This document shows, in pieces, positions 40,597-49,909 of a stretch of DNA of 64,000 bases. Under the pieces are notes generated by a model. It had not been told where the DNA came from, did not search any database, and worked only from the letters and a program-made list of their open reading frames with translations. Source of the stretch: an uncultured Desulfosarcina sp. (lineage in GTDB: Bacteria > Desulfobacterota > Desulfobacteria > Desulfobacterales > Desulfosarcinaceae); NCBI GenBank assembly GCA_963674945.2, contig CAXXWQ010000004.1, positions 2,624,001 to 2,688,000 on the forward strand, given 5' to 3'. The position numbers were made by a program, and so were the translations under genes. The first letter of the stretch is position 1; the number at the start of each line of letters is the position of its first letter.

Positions 40597-41112
40597 TTAA
40601 AACCGATACCCGAATTCCGACATGACAAAACCGTTCGTCAATCCCTGCATGTTCGGCAGCCCCGTAACCGTCATGAATACGCCTGTATCCTGGCCCAACC
40701 GTACTTTGAGCAATGGACCGATTTTAATGCGTCTTTCGTCACTGCCATATTCCACACCTTTGTAGGTGCAGACCAAGCTGATGATTGGCGTGAACCATTT
40801 CCATTGTAAACGCTCATGGGAAATATCCGTAAAGATGCCATAGCTGCGCAGATGATATGAATCGACATAGGTACCTGCACCTGTATTGAAACGCCAGTTC
40901 TCTTTTTTCAACTCTCGAGAAATCGCAAGGTATTCGATATTGCCATCATTGGTTTCTTCTTGCGGGTCAAAATGATTGGTCCATCCGAAAAAATAAACAC
41001 TGTACCCCTCAAAATGCGAACACCCCCACATGGAATTGGCAATACAGAAAAGAACAATCCCCCGACACGACCAGGTCATCAACATTCGCCGGGTAAGAAA
41101 ATGTTCGATCAT
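40597..41112 (-). CDS. Hypothetical exported beta-barrel protein, possibly PagP-like
   Basis: Alternating beta pattern, C-terminal EFGYRF; WTNH..YVDSY spacing reminiscent of PagP catalytic His/Asp-Ser; start uncertain. Confidence 0.55.
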   Translation of the reverse strand: MIEHFLTRRMLMTWSCRGIVLFCIANSMWGCSHFEGYSVYFFGWTNHFDPQEETNDGNIEYLAISRELKKENWRFNTGAGTYVDSYHLRSYGIFTDISHERLQWKWFTPIISLVCTYKGVEYGSDERRIKIGPLLKVRLGQDTGVFMTVTGLPNMQGLTNGFVMSEFGYRF

Positions 41113-41152
41113 TGTTCTTTTGTCTGCACCCGAAGAGGAAAGGCGCAACATT

Positions 41153-42142
41153 TCAATGAACTCCCACCACCTGTGGCCAGAGGTAATAAAAGCCAGGCGC
41201 CAGAGCCAGCCAGTCGCCGATGAACCCCATCTTCACCAGTGCGACCGGGTCGGCATCCTGGCCGCTGGAAAGGGTGTTATACAAATTGTCATCGGCATAC
41301 TCGGTCCGGCGATAGATCACCACCTTTGCATCGGTGTCCAGGCGGGCGATGGCCTTGGCCTCGTCGATGGCATCGGAAAGGTAGCCGATCTTGTCAACCA
41401 GCCCTGCGGCAAGAGCCTTGTCGGCCGGAAAGATTCTTGCGTCGGCTACCAATGCCATTTGCTCATCGCTCAGGCTCCGTTGCTTTTGGACCAGTCCGGT
41501 GAATCGACGGGCCAAACCATCGATCATCTCCTGCAGAATTTCCTCCTCTTCTGGCGTGGCGGAACGAAAAGGGGAGCCCATGTCCTTGTTCTCACCCGAC
41601 TTGTTGACCTGAACGGCAACCCCGATCTTTTCCATTAACCCGGAAACCTGAGGCCTCATAAGAATTACGCCGATGGCACCGGTGATGGTGGTCGGATGGG
41701 CCATGATGACGTCGGCCGACAGGGAGATGTAATAGCCTCCGGAAGTCGCCATGTTCATCATACATACCGCAACCTTCTTTCCGGTACGCTGTTTGAAGGA
41801 AATGATTTCATGGTAGAGAATATCACTGGCCGTGATCGTACCGCCGGGGGAATTAATCTTAAGAAGTACTGCTTTTACATGGTCGTCCTTTTCCGCCTTC
41901 TGCAGATGGGACACCACCTCCTGCACAACGGAGGGCATGGTTCGCATGAACTGGCCCTTGGGTTCATCATTGATGACCCCGGAGATTGGGATGACCAGCA
42001 CCTTTTGCTTGCCCGTACCGGACAACGTTATCTCCTGAAGCGGATCGGCAGCATCGGAAAACAATTTGATTGTCGGACCGGCACAGCCAATCATTCCCAT
42101 GACAAAAAAAAGAAGCAATAAGTTCCTTACAATTCTTTTCAT
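41153..42142 (-). CDS. sppA: Signal peptide peptidase SppA (S49), lipoprotein
   Basis: MIGC lipobox; INSPGG, ATSGGYYIS, KSGENKDMGSPFR. Confidence 0.92.
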   Translation of the reverse strand: MKRIVRNLLLLFFVMGMIGCAGPTIKLFSDAADPLQEITLSGTGKQKVLVIPISGVINDEPKGQFMRTMPSVVQEVVSHLQKAEKDDHVKAVLLKINSPGGTITASDILYHEIISFKQRTGKKVAVCMMNMATSGGYYISLSADVIMAHPTTITGAIGVILMRPQVSGLMEKIGVAVQVNKSGENKDMGSPFRSATPEEEEILQEMIDGLARRFTGLVQKQRSLSDEQMALVADARIFPADKALAAGLVDKIGYLSDAIDEAKAIARLDTDAKVVIYRRTEYADDNLYNTLSSGQDADPVALVKMGFIGDWLALAPGFYYLWPQVVGVH

Positions 42143-42163
42143 GTATTCTTCCTCCATATCATG

Positions 42164-42303
42164 GCAGTCGTTCAAAAAGCCTCGGATTCAGGTTCGATAA
42201 CAAGGCGGAAAAGGCCTCGAAAGCGGAGCATACACGTAGTATATGAGCATTTTGAGACCTTTTCCAACGCCGTTAGCGGGCCTTAGACGAGGCTTTTACG
42301 TTC
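42164..42303 (+). repeat. Intergenic palindromic repeat family B, copy 3
   Basis: aaaagcctcg / cgaggctttt arms; shared core gataacaaggcggaaa..gcggagcata..gagcattttgag..tttccaacgccg. Confidence 0.9.
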
Positions 42304-45009
42304 TTAGTGGGCTTGCGCCCAGTTCTCCCCCCACGCCAAATTAACCTTCAAGGGCACCGCCAATTCCCAAACGGTCTCCATCTTTTTTCGTACCAGGTCC
42401 CTGGCATCGTCCATCTCCTCGGGCGGCACCTCGAAAATCATCTCATCATGCACGGAGAGCAGCATGGTGGTTCTCATCTTCCCATCCTGCAAGGCCCGGT
42501 CCACATGGATCATGGCCAGTTTGATCAAATCCGCCGCGCTGCCCTGGATCGGTGTGTTGACGGCGGTGCGCTCGGCAAACTGACGCACGTTTCGGTTTGT
42601 GCTGGCGATATCCGGCAGTTTTCGAATGCGTCCCAGCAGGGTGCTCGTCTGGCGGGTTTTGTGTGCCGCCTCGATGGTTTCATCGATGAATTGTTTGACC
42701 TCCTTGTATCGATCGAAATAGTGGTCGATGTAGGTCTGGGCCATCTTGTTGCTGATCGTAAGCTCCCTTGCCAGACCATACGCACTCATGCCGTAAATGA
42801 TACCGAAATTGATCGCCTTTGCCTGTCTACGCAAATCGTCGTCGATAAACTGGGGGATGACCTGAAAAACCTCGGCGGCCGTTCTGCTGTGGATGTCCTC
42901 GTCTTCCTTGAAGGCCTGGATGAGAATCGGGTCCTGGCTGCAATGGGCCAGGAGGCGAAGCTCGATCTGAGAGTAGTCGGCCGAGAGAAAATGCCATCCT
43001 TTCCGCGGAACGAATGCCTTTCTGATTTCACGCCCCTCTTCGGTCCGAATGGGGATATTTTGCAAGTTGGGATCGCTGCTGCTCAATCGGCCGGTGGCGG
43101 CCACGGTCTGGTTAAATGAAGTGTGAATGCGTCCGGTATCCGGATGGATCAACTCCAAAAGGGCATCGGCATAGGTGGACTTGAGTTTGGCGAGACTGCG
43201 GTGACGCAGGATGCGTGCAGGCAGTTCATGATCCCTGGCCAGTGTGGTGAGCACCTCCACATCGGTGGAGTATCCGGTTTTCTTCTTTGTCTTTTTCTGG
43301 ACCGGCAGGTTCAGCTTCTCGAACAGGATCCGTCCCAATTGCTGGGAAGAGTTGATGTTGAAACGTTCACCCGCCAGGTCATAAATTTCTTTTTCGAGTC
43401 CGTCGAGTTGGTCTGAAAAGGAGCGGGACAACTCTTTGAGTCGCTCCCGATCCACGCAGACACCGGCCATCTCCATGCCGAGCAGTACGGGGACCAGCGG
43501 CATCTCCACAGTTTCCATCAGATCCGTCAATTTGTTCTCCTGGAGCAGGGGGACGAAAACGTCGTGGGCGGCCATGGTGATGGCCGCGTCCTCGCTGGCA
43601 TAGGGCGTCGCCTTTTCGATGGTCACCTGGTCGAAGGTAACGGCCGTTTTCCCTTTTCCGGCCACCTCGGTGTAAGAGATATTCTTGTGCCCCAGGTAAT
43701 CCAGCGCAATCTGATCCAGGCCATGGGCACGCTTGCCCGGATCGATCAGGTAAGAGGCCACCATGGTATCGAACCGGACGCCGGCCAGATCCAGGCCGTG
43801 CCGGCGCAGCACCATCCAGTCGTACTTGATGTTCTGGCCGATTTTCTCGATTTTCGGATCGGCCAGGACTGGCTGCAACCGATCCCGCACGAGGGAAAAT
43901 GGAAGCTGATCCGGTACCCCCAGGTAGTTGTGTCCCACGGGAATGTACCAGGCGCGTGTTGGTTCGATGGCAAAGGAAAAACCCACCAGCCTGGCCCGCA
44001 TGGGATCCTGGCTGGTGGTCTCCGTATCCAGAGCGAATCGACCGGCCTCTTTAAGACGTCCCACCAGATCATCGAGGGCGGCTTCGTCCAGGATGGCTTC
44101 GTAATGGCGCTTAACCGCTTCATCGCCCTTTGCATATTCTTGTTGCAGCTGACGGAACTCCAATTGGGAGAAGAGCCGGGTCAGCCGGTCGTCGTCGGCA
44201 TTTCGCCGCTTTACTTCCACCGGATCGAAGGCCACGGGCGCATTTTGTTCGATGGTGACCAGTTCCCGGCTGAGCAGTGCCTGTTCCTTGAATTCAATCA
44301 ACTTCTCTTTCTGCTTCTTCGCCGTGATTTCGTCGATTCGATCGTACACCCCGTCGATGCTGCCGAAGGTCTGGATCAATTTTGCGGCGGTCTTCGGGCC
44401 GATGCCGGGCACGCCGGGAATATTGTCGGATGTGTCACCAGAAAGCCCCATCACATCGATCATCTGAAGCGGTTTTAGCTGGAACTCTTTTTCGATGGTT
44501 TCCGGGTCGATGACCTTGTCTTTCATGGGATCCCAAATCGTACAACGTTCGGTGACCAACTGCATGAAGTCCTTGTCCCCGGTGACCATCACCACCGAAA
44601 ATCCCTTTTCCTGTGCCCCGCGGGCCAGGGTGGCGATAAGGTCGTCGGCCTCGAATCCCGTCTCTTCGAAAACGGGAATGTTGAAGGCCTCGGTGACCCT
44701 CCGGATCCAGGGAAGCTGGGCCACGAGATCATCGGGCATGGGAGGCCGGTTTGCCTTGTAGTCCTCGTACCGTTCATGGCGAAACGTGGGCCCCTTGGCA
44801 TCGAAGAACATGGCCACATGGGATGGAGATCGATCCTGCATCAACTTGATCAGCATGCGGGTAAACCCGAAGGTGGCGTTGGTGGGCAGTCCGGTACTGT
44901 TGGACAGCCCGCGAACGGCATGGTAGGCACGGTAAATATACGCGCTTCCGTCGATCAGGTATACGGTGGGCGTTTCCGGTTCCTTTTCCATTTCAATTTG
45001 CGTTGACAC
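42304..45009 (-). CDS. polA: DNA polymerase I
   Basis: LIDGSAYIYRAYHA 5'-3' exonuclease, DTETT 3'-5' exonuclease, DYSQIELR, KAINFGIIYG, VHDE. Confidence 0.98.
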   Translation of the reverse strand: MSTQIEMEKEPETPTVYLIDGSAYIYRAYHAVRGLSNSTGLPTNATFGFTRMLIKLMQDRSPSHVAMFFDAKGPTFRHERYEDYKANRPPMPDDLVAQLPWIRRVTEAFNIPVFEETGFEADDLIATLARGAQEKGFSVVMVTGDKDFMQLVTERCTIWDPMKDKVIDPETIEKEFQLKPLQMIDVMGLSGDTSDNIPGVPGIGPKTAAKLIQTFGSIDGVYDRIDEITAKKQKEKLIEFKEQALLSRELVTIEQNAPVAFDPVEVKRRNADDDRLTRLFSQLEFRQLQQEYAKGDEAVKRHYEAILDEAALDDLVGRLKEAGRFALDTETTSQDPMRARLVGFSFAIEPTRAWYIPVGHNYLGVPDQLPFSLVRDRLQPVLADPKIEKIGQNIKYDWMVLRRHGLDLAGVRFDTMVASYLIDPGKRAHGLDQIALDYLGHKNISYTEVAGKGKTAVTFDQVTIEKATPYASEDAAITMAAHDVFVPLLQENKLTDLMETVEMPLVPVLLGMEMAGVCVDRERLKELSRSFSDQLDGLEKEIYDLAGERFNINSSQQLGRILFEKLNLPVQKKTKKKTGYSTDVEVLTTLARDHELPARILRHRSLAKLKSTYADALLELIHPDTGRIHTSFNQTVAATGRLSSSDPNLQNIPIRTEEGREIRKAFVPRKGWHFLSADYSQIELRLLAHCSQDPILIQAFKEDEDIHSRTAAEVFQVIPQFIDDDLRRQAKAINFGIIYGMSAYGLARELTISNKMAQTYIDHYFDRYKEVKQFIDETIEAAHKTRQTSTLLGRIRKLPDIASTNRNVRQFAERTAVNTPIQGSAADLIKLAMIHVDRALQDGKMRTTMLLSVHDEMIFEVPPEEMDDARDLVRKKMETVWELAVPLKVNLAWGENWAQAH

Positions 45010-45053
45010 GAGTCGGCTCCTGCATTAGTTATTCGTTTTCGTCGACAGTACCA

Positions 45054-45178
45054 TTATTAAACCGGCAATTAAATAGCCAAACCGAACGAAACAGTTCTTT
45101 TCTCTAAACCATGGTTTATAAGGGTTTATAAAAATATTGCGTTGGTAGAATTGCGCTATTTGCTTGCCGGTTTAATAA
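45054..45178. repeat. 125-bp element bounded by 24-bp inverted repeats (2 mismatches)
   Basis: ttattaaaccggcaattaaatagc (45054-45077) / gctatttgcttgccggtttaataa (45155-45178). Confidence 0.8.
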
Positions 45179-45219
45179 CCATCTAAAACGACAACACTTT
45201 GGCGAGTTGATACGTTACC

Positions 45220-45444
45220 ATGAACGATGATGGATCCCGCCGGAAAAAGCGCTCCCGAAGACGTCAAAAAGGACCGAAAACCTGCCATTGCTGCCGGGCG
45301 GAAGTTCCCTTTTGCTGGACATGTCGCTGCGGTTTCATGATCTGCCAGGACTGCATGAACGAGAACGTGTGGGGGATGTCATGCAACGGCATTACCTGGC
45401 AATGCCCGGACTGCGGCGGGCAGAACGGATTTGGCAACCAGTAA
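45220..45444 (+). CDS. Small Cys-rich putative zinc-finger protein
   Basis: 74 aa with CHCC, CWTCRC, CQDC, CPDC. Confidence 0.7.
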   Translation: MNDDGSRRKKRSRRRQKGPKTCHCCRAEVPFCWTCRCGFMICQDCMNENVWGMSCNGITWQCPDCGGQNGFGNQ

Positions 45445-45474
45445 TCGTAGATTACTGTCTGCACAACACTTAAT

Positions 45475-46386
45475 ATGAAAAACCGTTACCTAAAATCCGA
45501 CCTGCTCTTCTTGACCACGGCGACCATATGGGGATTCGCATTCGTGGCCCAGCGTATGGGAATGGATCACGTGGGGCCCTTCACTTTCAATGGCATCCGG
45601 TTCTTCCTCGGCGCCATGGTGTTGTTGCCCTTCATCCATGGCAGGTCCAAGCGCAACCATGAAAAAAAAGCCTTACGCCGAAAGGAAAATATCCATGGAC
45701 TGGCCATTTTCGGTACGATTGCCGGCCTTGCCATCTTCGCCGGCGCATCCTTGCAACAGGTGGGCCTTGTGTACACCACCGCCGGCAAGGCGGGATTCAT
45801 TACCGGGCTGTATGTAATCATAGTCCCCATCATGGGCCTTTGCTGGGGCCAACGAACCAATGCGGGAACCTGGATCGGAGCGCTGCTGGCTACGGTCGGC
45901 ATGTACCTGCTCAGCATCACCGAAGACGTTTCCATCTCCATGGGGGACCTTTTGGAATTGATCGGTGCGGTGTTCTGGGCCGGCCACATCCACCTGATCG
46001 GCTGGGTCTCGCCCAAGACCGACGCCTTGAAGTTGGCCTTTGCCCAGTATGTCGTATGCGCCGCGGCCAGTCTGGCAACAGCCTTTGTGTTCGAAACCAT
46101 CACTCTGCCGGGCATCATCAATGCCGCGATCCCCATCCTGTACGGGGGCGTATTGTCCGTGGGAATCGCCTACACGCTCCAGGTGGTGGCCCAACGCCAC
46201 GCCCATCCGGCCCATGCCGCCATCCTGCTCAGCCTGGAATCTGTGTTCGCCGCCTTAGGCGGGTGGCTGATTTTAGATGAAATGATGTCGGGCAGGGGAA
46301 TGGCAGGATGCTGCCTGATGTTCTCTGGAATGCTGGTCTCCCAGTTATACGGTTTTATCCGTATGGGGCATGGAAAAAAAGAGTAA
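45475..46386 (+). CDS. DMT/EamA family transporter
   Basis: IWGFAFVAQ, TTAGKAGFITGLYV, LSLESVFAA; 10 TM. Confidence 0.92.
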   Translation: MKNRYLKSDLLFLTTATIWGFAFVAQRMGMDHVGPFTFNGIRFFLGAMVLLPFIHGRSKRNHEKKALRRKENIHGLAIFGTIAGLAIFAGASLQQVGLVYTTAGKAGFITGLYVIIVPIMGLCWGQRTNAGTWIGALLATVGMYLLSITEDVSISMGDLLELIGAVFWAGHIHLIGWVSPKTDALKLAFAQYVVCAAASLATAFVFETITLPGIINAAIPILYGGVLSVGIAYTLQVVAQRHAHPAHAAILLSLESVFAALGGWLILDEMMSGRGMAGCCLMFSGMLVSQLYGFIRMGHGKKE

Positions 46387-46540
46387 AACCGGCGCCGCCT
46401 TGGACCAGGCAGACACCGCGGCCATGTGTGCGCCTTCATGGGCGCGCACCTCCTGGTCCCGCTTTTTCAACTCCCGCACCTGTTTCCACTCCGGCTCACC
46501 GAGATTCTGGTCCTCGTCCGCATTGGAAATGGATTTTTCC
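46380..46540 (-). pseudogene. Frameshifted remnant of a SprA-related (CJM1_0395-like) gene
   Basis: One frame gives QVRELKKRDQEVRAHEGAHMAA; a shifted frame continues GVCLVQGGAGFT; in-frame stop upstream and no start. Confidence 0.65.
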
Positions 46541-46574
46541 GATCATGGTTTTTTCTTCGCGTGTAGTAAGTTCA

Positions 46575-47228
46575 TCACGCCAATGCACTGCAAATTGCGG
46601 CAGCCGACGATTCGATGGAAAGCGTACCGGTATTAAGGATCATATCGTAATGAGCCGGATCACGGATATCGCTGTTAAAATACTTGCGCACAAACGCCTG
46701 ACGATCGGAATCGGTCCGTATCACCCGCTTCCTGGCCACCTTTTTGTCCACACCATAGGTTTCCGCCACACGGTTCACACGAATTTCCAGGGGAGCGATG
46801 ACACGTACCCGGAAACGGTTTTCCGGCGGTAGGACAAAATTGGCACCCCGGCCCACAATGATGGCCTTTCCATGCCGGCCAATCGTGCCGATGACCTTCA
46901 TCAACATGTGGGAGACTTCATCCGGCCACAGATGCCGATCGCTGATGGCGGCCGAGACCCAGTCTTCGAGCATGGAAAGACCCCGTTCGTCCAAAGTCCG
47001 GATGACCCGGGTACTGGTATCTGCATTTTCCGCCATGGCATTAATCAATTGTTGATGAAAAATATCGAGTCCGAGCCTCTCGGCCACGGCTTCGGCTATC
47101 AGTTTTCCACCACTGCCCGGTTCCCGGGAAAGGGTGATCACCGGCAATGGTTTTTCTTCGGATGCCTCTTTTTGTAAAATCTCCCAGCGACGCACCTTCT
47201 CTTCGATAAGTTGGTGAATGGATTTCAT
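46575..47228 (-). CDS. Cytidylate kinase-like family protein
   Basis: ITLSREPGSGG, IIVGRGANF, DPAHYDMILNT. Confidence 0.88.
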   Translation of the reverse strand: MKSIHQLIEEKVRRWEILQKEASEEKPLPVITLSREPGSGGKLIAEAVAERLGLDIFHQQLINAMAENADTSTRVIRTLDERGLSMLEDWVSAAISDRHLWPDEVSHMLMKVIGTIGRHGKAIIVGRGANFVLPPENRFRVRVIAPLEIRVNRVAETYGVDKKVARKRVIRTDSDRQAFVRKYFNSDIRDPAHYDMILNTGTLSIESSAAAICSALA

Positions 47229-47359
47229 GGTGCCTCCTTTTGGTTGCGGGTCTATCACATTTTATGTCCGCCTATGGAACGATACTTTGCCGAGTTCGTA
47301 AAAAGCTATTTTTACTTATATGTATGAACGAGTTCCGTGGGAGGCCGAGATCCGATTTC

Positions 47360-47370
47360 AGGTCAGACCA
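47360..47370. promoter_or_regulatory. Possible FadR-family (LldR/LutR-type) operator
   Basis: AGGTCAGACCA resembles TGGTCNGACCA; upstream of lutABC. Confidence 0.3.
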
Positions 47371-47730
47371 GCAAACAGAGAGGGCTGCGTTTGGAAGAAC
47401 GATCGCGAAAAAACGTCGGGTGACACGTGGAACCGAAGGATAGAACGAAACGTGAAAGAGAAGAACGATTGGCACAAAAAGCAGCAATAACAGTAGTATT
47501 TTAAAAATTGTATGCGACAATGGTTTTGATGTCAACAATGTGATGCGGCCGCATCAGGAGAATCGCAAGTAGCGATGATAGAGTGAACCCGCCTTCCCCA
47601 TGCCCTGTATCAGATCAACATGCGATCACCCCGGAAACCGCATCCAGGCAATGGACACGACATGGACGCCTACCTTTTTCGAACACTTCGGCCTTTCTTC
47701 TCGACATTTTTACTGCTACTATCATTGCCA

Positions 47731-48489
47731 ATGGAAGAAAAAGCATATCCGGACCAAACGAAAAAGGTCTATTTTTTCGGAACCTGCCTGATGGACGCCC
47801 TTTATCCCGACGCGGGCATGGCGGCCATCCGTCTGTTGGAATTCTTCGGCGTCAACGTCCTTTTTCCACAGGGTCAATCCTGTTGCGGCCAACCGGCGTA
47901 CAATTCCGGTTTTCCCAAAGAAGCCAGGGCCGTTGCCCGCAGACAGATGCGGGTATTTGCCGGACCCTATCCCATCGTTGTGCCATCCGGCTCCTGTGCC
48001 GGCATGATGAAACATCACTATCCGGATCTGTTTGCCGGAACACCGGACGAAGCCAGGGCGCGCCGTTTCTCCCGGCGGGTCTACGAATGGTCGGAATATA
48101 TGGCAACGGTGATGAACGCCACCATCGAAGACAGGGGAGATCCGGTGACCATTACCTGGCATAGTTCCTGTCATGCCCTGCGGGAAATGGATGTGATCCG
48201 CCACTCCAAGACCCTGATTCGACAGTTGAAAAACGTCACCCTGGTAGAACTGTCGCGCGAGACGGAATGCTGCGGATTCGGCGGCACCTTCGCCGTCAAG
48301 CAATCAGCCATATCGGCCGCCATGGTCCTGGACAAGGTGGCCGATATCGCCCAAACAGGTGCTCGGATCGTCGTCGCCGGAGACTGCGGATGCCTGATGA
48401 ACATCACCGGTGCCATGGCCAAAACCGGCATGACGGTGACCGGCAAACACCTGGCTGAATTTCTCTGGGAGAGAATCAATGGAAAATGA
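47731..48489 (+). CDS. lutA: Lactate utilization protein A (CCG Fe-S)
   Basis: FFGTCLMD, QSCCGQPAYNSG, ECCGFGGTF, DCGCLMNI. Confidence 0.9.
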   Translation: MEEKAYPDQTKKVYFFGTCLMDALYPDAGMAAIRLLEFFGVNVLFPQGQSCCGQPAYNSGFPKEARAVARRQMRVFAGPYPIVVPSGSCAGMMKHHYPDLFAGTPDEARARRFSRRVYEWSEYMATVMNATIEDRGDPVTITWHSSCHALREMDVIRHSKTLIRQLKNVTLVELSRETECCGFGGTFAVKQSAISAAMVLDKVADIAQTGARIVVAGDCGCLMNITGAMAKTGMTVTGKHLAEFLWERINGK

Positions 48490-49909
48490 GCCGCGTTTCG
48501 ATTTCCAGCACAATGTGAACGGTGCTCTGGCAGACGATCAGCTGCGGAAAAACCTGCGCAACGCCATGGACATTCTCGTCGACAAGCGCAAAGCGGTCTT
48601 TCCCGATACAAAAATCCTGGAGCAACTGCGGTCGGCCGGCAACGCCATCAAGCGCCGTGCGCTGAAAAAATTGCCGCAGCTTTTAGAACAGCTGGAGATC
48701 AACTGCAAACAAAACGGCATCCAGGTGCACTGGGCCGAGGAGACGACCCGGGCCAACGACTTCGTGCTGGACATCCTACGCCGCCATGGGGCATCGGCCA
48801 TCGTCAAGGGCAAATCCATGGTCTCCGAGGAGATGCACCTGAACCGGTTTCTGGAGAGAAACGGCATCGAGGCGATAGAGACGGACCTGGGCGAGTTCAT
48901 CATCCAGCTCAACCATGAAACCCCCTCCCACATCATCGTACCGGCCATTCACAAGAACAAGGACGAGGTAGCCGCCATCTTTCACGAAAAACTGCCGGAT
49001 ACACCCTATACCGAGAACGTGGAGGAACTGACCGGTATCGCACGCAAGGTGCTGCGAAAGCGTTTCGCCGGCACCACGGTGGGTCTCTCGGGCGTCAACT
49101 TCGCCATCGCCGAGACCGGCACCCTGCTCCTTGTGGAAAATGAGGGCAACGGTCGCATGTGCACCACGGTTCCCGATGTGCACATCGCCGTGATGGGTCT
49201 GGAAAAGGTTGTGGAAACGCTTTCGGACGTGCCCCCGTTGCTTCGGCTGCTCACCGGTTCGGCCACGGGTCAGGTCATCACCACCTATGTCAACATGATC
49301 ACCTCCCCCCGGAAAGAAGGAGAGAGAGATGGACCCAAGGAGGTTCACCTGATCATTTTAGATAACGGCCGATCCGAGATTCTGGCCGATCCGCAGCTAC
49401 GCCAAACCCTCTTGTGCATTCGCTGCGGGACCTGCCTGAACCATTGTCCGGTCTACGTGCGCATCGGCGGTCATGCCTATGGACACGTCTACCCGGGGCC
49501 CATCGGTAAAATTCTCACCCCGCAGATGGAGGGTCTCGAACGGACCGGTGTTCTGGTGACGGCGTCCAGCCTCTGCGGTGCCTGCGGTGAAGTGTGCCCC
49601 GTGAAAATCCCCATTCCCCATTTGATCCGGCGCCTGCGAAACGAACTGTACGATGAAAAGGGAAGCGCCGTGGTAAAAGGCGGGGGTTGCAAACGGACTA
49701 CTGCCGAAACCATGGTGTGGAAAGGATGGGAACTGGTCAACCGCTCACCGTTGCTCAACGATATGGGCACGCGCCTGGCCGGCAAGGCGGGAAAGCGATT
49801 ACCCGCGGTTGGCCCGATGAAACAATGGACCCGTGTCCGTACGAAACCGGTGGTGGCCCCTGTCAGTCTGCATCAACGCGTCCGCCATGAGGGGATTCGA
49901 GATGAATAG
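48479..49909 (+). CDS. lutB: Lactate utilization protein B
   Basis: KGKSMVSEE, ETDLGEFIIQL, ENEGNGR, CIRCGTCLNHCPVY, SSLCGACGEVCP. Confidence 0.93.
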   Translation: MENEPRFDFQHNVNGALADDQLRKNLRNAMDILVDKRKAVFPDTKILEQLRSAGNAIKRRALKKLPQLLEQLEINCKQNGIQVHWAEETTRANDFVLDILRRHGASAIVKGKSMVSEEMHLNRFLERNGIEAIETDLGEFIIQLNHETPSHIIVPAIHKNKDEVAAIFHEKLPDTPYTENVEELTGIARKVLRKRFAGTTVGLSGVNFAIAETGTLLLVENEGNGRMCTTVPDVHIAVMGLEKVVETLSDVPPLLRLLTGSATGQVITTYVNMITSPRKEGERDGPKEVHLIILDNGRSEILADPQLRQTLLCIRCGTCLNHCPVYVRIGGHAYGHVYPGPIGKILTPQMEGLERTGVLVTASSLCGACGEVCPVKIPIPHLIRRLRNELYDEKGSAVVKGGGCKRTTAETMVWKGWELVNRSPLLNDMGTRLAGKAGKRLPAVGPMKQWTRVRTKPVVAPVSLHQRVRHEGIRDE

